From: Candidatus Nanohaloarchaea archaeon
GTDB lineage: Archaea; Nanohalarchaeota; Nanosalinia; Nanosalinales; Nanosalinaceae
DNA: 64,000 bases
Assembly: GCA_041639695.1 (NCBI GenBank)
Contig: JBEQBQ010000002.1
Span: forward strand, 869-64,868
Direction: 5' to 3'
Part shown: one piece after another, positions 38,693-45,965 of the stretch
Layout: every line of letters starts with the position of its first letter
Numbering within the stretch: the first letter of the stretch is position 1
The notes under the pieces: model-generated
What the model saw: the letters and a program-made list of their open reading frames with translations, nothing else
What the model was told of the DNA's origin: nothing
Databases searched by the model: none
Translations under genes and position numbers: made by a program

Positions 38693-39549
38693 ATGTCGGG
38701 CAAAATTGAGGTAGATCCTGAAGAACTTGAAAAGTTGGTTGAACGTAAGGTTGAGGAAAGACTAAAAGAACGGCTTGAGCAGGAAACTGTCGAAAACAGT
38801 AAAAATTCTGAAGACGGGATTTCGAGGCGAGGATTTCTGAAGAAACTTGGTGCTGGCGCCATGGGTTTAGGCGCGGTAAGTTTTTCATCCGTTAGTGCCT
38901 TAACTTTGTCAAAGAACTCTATCAGAAATAATGGTCAGTCCATCTCTTCTGGAGGTCTATTTGATTTGAATAGCTACCTCTCGCGGTCCGGCGGTAATCT
39001 ATCTGGTCCACTAACACTTGGAGGGGACTTGAAAGCAAATGATGGCGAGTTGATTTGGGATGAGTCTAATTCCTTTGTACCGGCTTCCGTCTTAGAACAG
39101 TCTGGGATCGACCATGACAATCTGTCCAGTATTTCTGCTGATGATCATCATCCGGAGGTTTCTGCCGGAACGAATATTTCCGTTGATTCAAGTAACACGG
39201 TTGGTGTTTCTCCTCAGGGCCATACAAGCGTTTAAATGCGGATATGGTTGATGGAAATCATGCAGATGAGTTAAAGGGTATTACTGTATCTGATATTAAA
39301 CACGAGTCCGGAAGTACAGGTGTATCCGTTGGAGGAGGTTCCTACACTATCAACCTTTCGAATAATTATAGGACTCTTACCGGGTTGAGTACTGATATTC
39401 AGAACTCTAATTGGGATACAAACAACAATAATGCAGATGCTGCATGGATTAGTGATATTGATCTTTCAAACAACCAAGTAACTATCAGCTATACGAATGA
39501 TGAGAACAATACCGGTACTTTGTATTGGGATGTTTGGGGAATCGTATAA
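38693..39549 (+). pseudogene. coiled-coil-leader / twin-arginine-signal fibre-like gene split by a 1-nt frameshift (family member 4)
   Basis: ORFs 38693..39235 and 39244..39549 are in different frames. The second frame reads ...RLNADMVDG upstream of its ATG. Restoring one G at about 39229-39231 gives ...PQGHTSGLNADMVDGNHADEL, matching GSGLNADMVDG of member 3. Confidence 0.65.
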
Positions 39550-39637
39550 TGCCTTTTGAATTCTTGAGCCTATTAATAATCTGATTTCAGACTCATCCGG
39601 CATAAAGTATTTACATTAGAATATTGTATCTTCTACC

Positions 39638-39865
39638 ATGGGATTAATTGGTTTACAGGAAGCAGTTCTGATAGGTGCTGCAGCGATCGCTCTAATCATG
39701 GGTCCAAAGAAACTTCCACAGCTAGCACGTTCTCTAGGTGAATCAAAGAAAGAGTACAAGGAATCTATGAAGGAGGCTGAGGAGGCGGTTGATGAAGCGG
39801 CTCCTGATGTTGACGAGGAGATGGAGGAAGTAGAGAAAGAAGTAAAGGATGTAAAGGAAGAATAG
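39638..39865 (+). CDS. tatA: Sec-independent (Tat) translocase protein TatA/E
   Basis: 75 aa. MGLIGLQEAVLIGAAAIALIMGPKKLPQLARSLGES followed by an acidic tail. Confidence 0.85.
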   Translation: MGLIGLQEAVLIGAAAIALIMGPKKLPQLARSLGESKKEYKESMKEAEEAVDEAAPDVDEEMEEVEKEVKDVKEE

Positions 39866-39873
39866 GATAAGTT

Positions 39874-40560
39874 ATGCAGACCCTACAGGATCACGTCAGG
39901 GAACTCCGGAAACGATTAAAGGTTGCAGGAGCTTTCTTTCTTCTAGCTGTCGGAGTATGTTTCTATTTTTCCTCCCAAGTTCTTAACTGGCTTCAATCAG
40001 ATCTAGGCTTCGCACTACACGCTTTAACAGCTTATGAAGTACTTTACACGGAGTTAATGATTGCTTTCCTTGGAGGATTTCTATTCAGTCTTCCAATAGT
40101 TCTATATGAAATAATTGCGTTTATGCGTCCGGGTTTAAAGGAGAAAGAGTATCTAGTGATGAGAAATTATTTGCCGTTCTCGGTAATACTTTTCGTAGGT
40201 GGGGCTGTGTTTGCATACAGTTACATAGTCAAAGCCAGTCTCGCGTTCTTCAACTCGACAACCGAATCTGCGAACGTCGCCGCGGTCTGGGGCCTCCAGA
40301 ACACGGTAGGTTTCGCCTTAAGGATCTCAGCTTTCACCGGCATAATATTCCAACTTCCCATCGTCTCGGTACTCCTAGCTAGGGCAGGGCTCCTGAACGT
40401 TGATATGATGAAAAGATACAGGTCGTACTTCATAGTGTCGATTCTCGTAATCTCAGCTTTGGCAACACCGCCAGACCTTATATCTCAGGCACTGGTAACT
40501 GGACCCGTTATCGGTCTTTATCAGATCAGTATTTTACTGGTGTCTCGGTTCGAGGACTAA
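39874..40560 (+). CDS. tatC: Tat translocase protein TatC
   Basis: 228 aa. HVRELRKRL N-terminus and six predicted TM helices; immediately downstream of tatA. Confidence 0.85.
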   Translation: MQTLQDHVRELRKRLKVAGAFFLLAVGVCFYFSSQVLNWLQSDLGFALHALTAYEVLYTELMIAFLGGFLFSLPIVLYEIIAFMRPGLKEKEYLVMRNYLPFSVILFVGGAVFAYSYIVKASLAFFNSTTESANVAAVWGLQNTVGFALRISAFTGIIFQLPIVSVLLARAGLLNVDMMKRYRSYFIVSILVISALATPPDLISQALVTGPVIGLYQISILLVSRFED

Positions 40561-40662
40561 AACTTGTTAAATAGAGCGAGCAAGAATAAATGTATGAACG
40601 GGTTGAAGTAGTTTATCCTTCGAAGGTTCCCGGCTTTCTGGCGTGGTTCCGGCTCAGAAAGC

Positions 40663-41313
40663 TTGGCGAAGGAATCATATTCGGGGACAAATATTTCCCG
40701 TAGATCGTTCCTCAGAAAGCTAGGTGCGGGCGCCATAAGTGTAGGTGCTCTAGGTTTAACTCCTGCTTATTCGGGCCTCAAATTAAGTTCTGGCGGGATT
40801 ACAAAGGACGGTACAAGTTCTTTCTGGCATGAGGGAACATTCAGCAAATCAAACTATCTCCCTGTTGATGGTTCACAGGATATGGCGGGAGATCTATCTA
40901 TCTATCGCCGGAGATCTAAAAACTGATGGCAGTACCACTATATGGGATAGCTCTAATGCTCAAATCCCTGCTTCGATTATAGAGCAGGGGGATGGAAGCC
41001 AGCTTGATGCTGATACCGTCGATGGTTCGGAGCCGGGCGAAATAGGGTTGCAGGTTTATTCGGATAGTTTTACAGTTCCTGCAGGACAGCCCTATCGTGA
41101 GAACACGGGTCTAACTCCTTCCGAGTGGTTTCTGTAGAAGTGATACCTATTACAGGGGATGTAGCGGTTGAACAGGTTAAATCGACTAGCAGCCCTGCAG
41201 AAGTGGGTTATTACATCGTCTATGACTCTGCAAATGGGATGGAAATAGATCTTTCTATCCAGAATAATACTTCGCAAGACGTGGATCTTTATGTGAAAGT
41301 TATTCATAACTAA
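40663..41313 (+). pseudogene. twin-arginine-signal fibre-like gene with two frameshifts and no coiled-coil leader (family member 5)
   Basis: Three ORF pieces in frames 1/2/1: 40663..40926, 40829..41137, 41125..41313. TTG start; ISRRSFLRKLGAGAISVGALGLTPAYS|GLKL. The middle piece carries GDLKTDGSTTIWDSSNAQIPASIIEQGDGSQLDADTVDG. Confidence 0.65.
40892..40906 (+). repeat. (ATCT)3ATC tetranucleotide tract at the first frameshift of member 5
   Basis: gATCTATCTATCTATCg read directly. Removing one 4-nt unit joins ...DMAGDLSI to AGDLKTDGS... in frame. Confidence 0.8.
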
Positions 41314-41425
41314 AAGGATTGGGATGTTTTCCTAGCAATATGTTTAAGGGTGCTTCTAGGTAGTCGAGGGGCGGGTAGGACGCCAAACCACAAGATAGTT
41401 AAACAACCTATTGAATTAGGGTGTT

Positions 41426-42152
41426 ATGACGGGCGATGTTAAAGAGGTCAAAAAAGAGAAAAAATCCTCTGAAATTGGCCGACGTTCTTTCCTTAGGAAA
41501 TTAGGAGCTGGTGCTATAGGTATTGGGATCTTTTCACTCCCTTCAGTGTCTGCTCTGGATATTAAAAGTAGTACGGGCCTTGAGGTCTTCAGCGGTAACA
41601 AGAAATACCTGGATGTAGAGTCCGGAGGGCCTGTAAGCGTCAATAATACAGGACTCAACGTTAGTGGAGGTCTGGATGTGGGGGTCAGGAAAGTTTTACA
41701 CTGATCTGGGTATATTGTCTGATGTTTTTCTGGCTGCGGATAGCGCATGGTTTACAGCGAACGCGAAGGATGTCTCTGGAAGCGGAGGAGTAAAAATGCA
41801 GGATGGTGGAACGACTAAAATGGCTGTGGAATGGTCTAACGGTTATCAGTACGGAAGAATAACGGATGAAGGTGCCGGAGAGGACTGGATGGTTTTCAAT
41901 CCTGGTGGTCCTGTAGATGTAAAACGTAGTCTGAACGTGAACGGCAACAAGGTCTGGCACGCCGGAAACGACGGTTCCGGAAGCGGTTTGGTGGCCAACA
42001 AAGTTACAGGGACGAACGGTGGCAATAGGTTAGGAGGCCAGATGCCTGTTTATCAGACTAAGACCGATGCCCAAAACGACTCAGATGTCGTCGAGGGAAC
42101 TATAGTGTACGTAAAAGAGGATAACACTTTCTACTACGAGGACGGTACGTGA
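41426..42152 (+). pseudogene. twin-arginine-signal fibre-like gene split at a G5 tract (family member 6)
   Basis: ORFs 41426..41704 and 41664..42152. EIGRRSFLRKLGAGAIGIGIFSLPSVSA|L. Removing one G from GGGGG (41680-41684) gives ...GGLDVGSGKFYTDLGILSD... in one frame. Confidence 0.65.
41680..41684 (+). repeat. G5 homopolymer at the frameshift of member 6
   Basis: gatgtGGGGGtcagg read directly. Confidence 0.8.
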
Positions 42153-42991
42153 TGGCTTTAGTACCGATAGGAGGTGGTTCGGACAAGGCCCTGGGTTTCG
42201 ATAATCCTTACGGTGATGGAAGCGACGGTTCACTCACATGGGGCTCCAACTCCACGAAAGGAGGCATTTTCCAGACAACAGATCTTACCATAACGTCAGG
42301 CACCACGATTACAATCAGTTCCTCTAATACGGTATTAGTGGTTATGGCGCAGAACAGTATTACTGTTGAAGCAAATGTTACTATAAATGGTTCAGGCGCG
42401 GGAGGTGCCGGGGGTAGCGGCGGAAACGGAGACTCAAACAGAGATTATAGAATGGGTAATCCTGGTGAGGACGGTATGATAACAGGGCCCGGAGCGGCGG
42501 GAGGTGGTGCTTACGATACTGCATCTGGTGGTTTATCAGTTCCATCAAGTTTGAAAGCACCAACAATATACGGCACAGCTATGGAGATAGCGACCCAGAG
42601 TTCCCTTGATGTCTCTGCCGGGGGTACAGGTGGGAGCGGTAGCTACTACTACGCAAATGGCGGGAACGGCGGTTCAGGTGGAGGAGGTCTTATACTGATC
42701 GCTCCGGACATATCAGTAGACTCCTCTATGTCTATTGACCTTTCAGGGACGGATGGTCAGAAAGGTGATAATGGATCTGACTATGATGGTGATAACGGTG
42801 CTGGCGGTGGAGGCGGCGGTGCTGGAGGGGTTTTCCTTGCCTTAGGGCAGAACGTAAACGCAGATCTCTCGAATGTAGATATTTCGGGGGGTGCTGGAGG
42901 TGCCGGAGGGACGGGCGGAGGCTACAACTCTCCAGGAGATCCTGGTGAGGACGGTGTTAATGGGATCAAGGCAGTTCGGAGTCTGAATTAG
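42149..42991 (+). CDS. glycine-rich beta-helix-like protein, translationally coupled to member 6
   Basis: 280 aa. Start overlaps the upstream stop (GTGATGG). ...LTITSGTTITISSSNTVLVV...ITVEANVTINGSGAGGAGGSGGNG..., repeated GGxGG blocks. Confidence 0.6.
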   Translation: MMALVPIGGGSDKALGFDNPYGDGSDGSLTWGSNSTKGGIFQTTDLTITSGTTITISSSNTVLVVMAQNSITVEANVTINGSGAGGAGGSGGNGDSNRDYRMGNPGEDGMITGPGAAGGGAYDTASGGLSVPSSLKAPTIYGTAMEIATQSSLDVSAGGTGGSGSYYYANGGNGGSGGGGLILIAPDISVDSSMSIDLSGTDGQKGDNGSDYDGDNGAGGGGGGAGGVFLALGQNVNADLSNVDISGGAGGAGGTGGGYNSPGDPGEDGVNGIKAVRSLN

Positions 42992-43051
42992 ATTCTCGAA
43001 AGTTTCGAACCTCTTTTAAAAAGTTAGGGTTTCCATTTCTGAATATGCAAC

Positions 43052-44380
43052 GTGATAAACACTATGAAAGTATACACTATAGGCGGTTACGAGGAAGTCG
43101 GCCGCAACATGACAGCAGTGGAAGTTGACGGAGAAGCCGTCATCTTCGACATGGGATTCGAAATGGAAGAAGTAATTAACGCAGACGGGGAAGTGGATCA
43201 AATGACCACCAACCAGACTTTAGAGACCGGCGCAATCCCGATCGACGAAGTTCTCTACGAAAACGACGTAGAAGTAAAAGCAATCATCATCGGACACGGA
43301 CACCTTGACCATGTCGGAGCGATTCCAAAGCTCGCAGGAGCTTACGACGCACCGATCGTCTGTACGCCTTACACCAAGAAAATTGTTGAAAACAATATCG
43401 ATGGCGACAGGAAGAACATCGACAACGATGTAATCGGAGTCGAGAAAGGAGACGAGTACGAGATTTCAGATGATCTTGAACTCGAATTCATGCACGTCAA
43501 CCACTCCATCCCTCAGGCAACACTATCACTTCTCAAAACACCTGAAGGCGGAGTAGTCTACGGAAACGACATGAAAATCGACTACAGCCCGGTAATCGAA
43601 GAAACAACAGACATCGAAAGACTCAAATCTGCGGGAGAAGAAGGCATCAAACTGATGATTCCCGGAACCACAAACGTATGTGACGAAGGAAGATGCCGTT
43701 CCGAAAGATCGGTTGAGCAGGAACTCGAAGACGTAATGAACTCGTGCTACGCCAACGGCGGCGCAGTAGTAATGAGTACTTTCTCAAGCCAGATCTCCAG
43801 ACTCAACTCGATTATCGACGCCAACAACGGCAGGAGAAAGATCGCATTTGTTGGAAGAAGCCTCAAGGAGTACACACAGGCAGCAGAAGAGCTAGGGTTG
43901 ATCGATCTTTCAGATGTAAAGGTTGTTTCCTACTTCGATGAGGTACAGGACTTGATGAACCGTGTCTCCGGAAACAAGGAAGACTGGTTGATCGTTGCTA
44001 CAGGAAACCAGGGAGAGCCAGGAGCACAGATGGACAAGCTGGCGACAGGACAGTACCCGTTCGACTTCGAGAAAGGAGACCACGTAATCTTCTCCTCGAG
44101 AACAATCCCGACACCTCCAACAGAGGCAAACAGGTACAACCTAGAGAAGAAACTGAAAGAACAGGGAGTAAGAGTTTACCCTGGAGTCCACACCTCAGGA
44201 CACGCCAAGAAAGAAGATCACAGAGACTTCATCAACTACCTCCAGCCTGAAAACATCGTTCCTTCGCATGGAACAATCCAGAAGCTTGGAGACTACGTTG
44301 AACTAGCAAGACAGGAAGGCTACACTCTAGAAGAGGACGTCTTTATCGGAGAGAACGGAAGAGTCATCGAAATAGAGTAA
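43052..44380 (+). CDS. rnj: ribonuclease J (beta-CASP metallo-beta-lactamase)
   Basis: 442 aa. IIGHGHLDHVGAIP (HxHxDH); size and layout of archaeal RNase J. Confidence 0.85.
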   Translation: MINTMKVYTIGGYEEVGRNMTAVEVDGEAVIFDMGFEMEEVINADGEVDQMTTNQTLETGAIPIDEVLYENDVEVKAIIIGHGHLDHVGAIPKLAGAYDAPIVCTPYTKKIVENNIDGDRKNIDNDVIGVEKGDEYEISDDLELEFMHVNHSIPQATLSLLKTPEGGVVYGNDMKIDYSPVIEETTDIERLKSAGEEGIKLMIPGTTNVCDEGRCRSERSVEQELEDVMNSCYANGGAVVMSTFSSQISRLNSIIDANNGRRKIAFVGRSLKEYTQAAEELGLIDLSDVKVVSYFDEVQDLMNRVSGNKEDWLIVATGNQGEPGAQMDKLATGQYPFDFEKGDHVIFSSRTIPTPPTEANRYNLEKKLKEQGVRVYPGVHTSGHAKKEDHRDFINYLQPENIVPSHGTIQKLGDYVELARQEGYTLEEDVFIGENGRVIEIE

Positions 44381-44400
44381 ACCTTCTTCCTCTCCACTTT

Positions 44401-44877
44401 TTATTTCTCTATTCTAAGTCTATCTCCCTTACTGATTGAATGATTTTCTGCGAAGTCCTGGTTTAATTCCACTACGTACTGGGCCGGCTCCTCGCTCCTG
44501 TAAGATGCAAGCTCGTCCTCCGGGGTGTTAGGTTCCGGATCGGCTTGTTCAATATTGAGTACAGTGTAGTTCGAGTCGAGGAAGATAATATCGAGCGGTA
44601 TGTATGTGTTTTTCATCCAGAACCATCTATTTCCCTCAGATTCGTACTTGAAAAGCATTCCATGATTCTTTTCCAGTTTGGTTCGGTTCATCAGGCCTTC
44701 TCGGCGCTCGGATGAGGTATCAGCGACCTCCAAGTTTACCTCGGCTAAAGTTTCGTTTCCAGAGATAAAGTTAGCCTTAACATTTTGGTCGTCTAGCAGA
44801 TGATTTGTTGCTCCCATGCCAACCAAGGCTGCTACAGAGCCAACTAGAAGTAATCTATAGATTTTTGACATTTCCAT
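44401..44877 (-). CDS. DUF192 domain protein with N-terminal signal/anchor
   Basis: 158 aa. REGLMNRTKLEKNHGMLFKYE...WMKNTYIPLDIIFLD, the DUF192 signature. Confidence 0.7.
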   Translation of the reverse strand: MEMSKIYRLLLVGSVAALVGMGATNHLLDDQNVKANFISGNETLAEVNLEVADTSSERREGLMNRTKLEKNHGMLFKYESEGNRWFWMKNTYIPLDIIFLDSNYTVLNIEQADPEPNTPEDELASYRSEEPAQYVVELNQDFAENHSISKGDRLRIEK

Positions 44878-45043
44878 GAAGATTACCTAGCTTAGAAGAT
44901 AACTTTGGAAGGATTTGTGGTGTGAAGAATAGTGTCAAAGCAACAGATAATAGAATGGCTTCCCCAATACCAAGACTGAAAGGGAGAGGTATGAAAAACA
45001 TACTATAATATTGGTTAAGTTAAGTCTTAAGCATTAACCAGAT

Positions 45044-45050
45044 TTTTATT
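45044..45050 (+). promoter_or_regulatory. TATA-box-like element upstream of family member 7
   Basis: TTTTATT centred about 26 nt upstream of the in-frame ATA at 45073. Confidence 0.3.
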
Positions 45051-45063
45051 CAGTTCTGTATAA

Positions 45064-45552
45064 TACTTTAGTATAGTTAGTTTAAAGGAAGAGGTTCAAG
45101 AACTCAAGGAACGTGTCTCTGAGCTTGAAGAAGAGAATAAAAGGCTTAGGAAAGACTCTATTGAAGAAAAAAATGTTTCTAGGAGGTCATTCCTGAAAAA
45201 ACTTGGTGCAGGGGTGATAGGTTTAGGCGCTCTTTCCGTTCCTACTTCCGCATTAAACATCAAAAGCAGTAAAGGGCTCGAAGTTTTTGCCAACAACTCA
45301 AACTACTTCAGTGTTGAAACAGGGGGCCCTGTGAAAGTGAAAAATACTGATTTAGAAATCGGTAAGGATCTGCTGGCTAAAGACGGTGAGCTGATATGGG
45401 ATGAATCAAACTCGCAGATACCTGCTAATAGGATAGAGCAAGGTGAGGGGAGCCAGTTAAATGCGGATACTGTTGACGGTGTTGAGGCAAATTCTCTCGG
45501 GGCTTCTGCATTAAATATTGAAGGCTTTGCTCCCAACTTTGGTGGAAAATAA
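45064..45552 (+). pseudogene. coiled-coil-leader / twin-arginine-signal fibre-like gene lacking any ATG/GTG/TTG before the signal (family member 7)
   Basis: Frame open from 45064: ..I-VSLKEEVQELKERVSELEEENKRLRKDSIEEKNVSRRSFLKKLGAGVIGLGALSVPTSA|LNIK... The first canonical start is GTG 45214, inside the signal h-region. Later DGELIWDESNSQIPANRIEQGEGSQLNADTVDG. Confidence 0.6.
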
Positions 45553-45965
45553 TGACTATTAGTTCTAAAATGTACAGGCATACGGACTCAGGATCCTATA
45601 ATACAGATGGAGAAATAATAGTGTCTTCCTCCAGTTTCACAGTCTCTTCAGGAAATATGATATACCTGGATAAGTGTGGTGTATAGGCCACATTAAAGAC
45701 TACGGATTCCGGTAATGAGGCTTATGCTGAGTGTAGAATGTTAAAGAGAGATGTAAATACAGGTGTTCTGGTTCAGAAAAGTGGGGTTGTGGCCTCAACT
45801 GCTTCAACGTCCTATAGTACTGTTAAAGCACAGGGAAGCTTTGGAGGTTATCTGACTGACTCTATGGAGCTGGTACTACAATATATTCTTTATATATACG
45901 GTAATAATCCTTCTGCCTATTCTAATGATTTTAATGCTGCTCTTTCAGGCAGGCAAGTGGTTTGA
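45552..45965 (+). pseudogene. partner ORF of member 7, interrupted by an in-frame TAG
   Basis: ATG 45552 overlaps the upstream stop (TAATG). A 44-codon ORF ends at TAG 45684-45686. ORF 45738..45965 is in the same frame with no other stop between. Confidence 0.5.

Noticed and set aside
38386-38888. 158-aa and 71-aa minus-strand ORFs spanning 38159..38578 and the start of member 4
   Set aside because: Antisense to two plus-strand genes with recognisable motifs. S-rich and non-acidic. They cross an intergenic promoter region.
41416-41960. Minus-strand ORFs 41416..41748 and 41685..41960, and likewise 45096..45296 and 45303..45581
   Set aside because: Antisense to the RR-signal and fibre-motif coding frames, which are conserved across seven paralogs.
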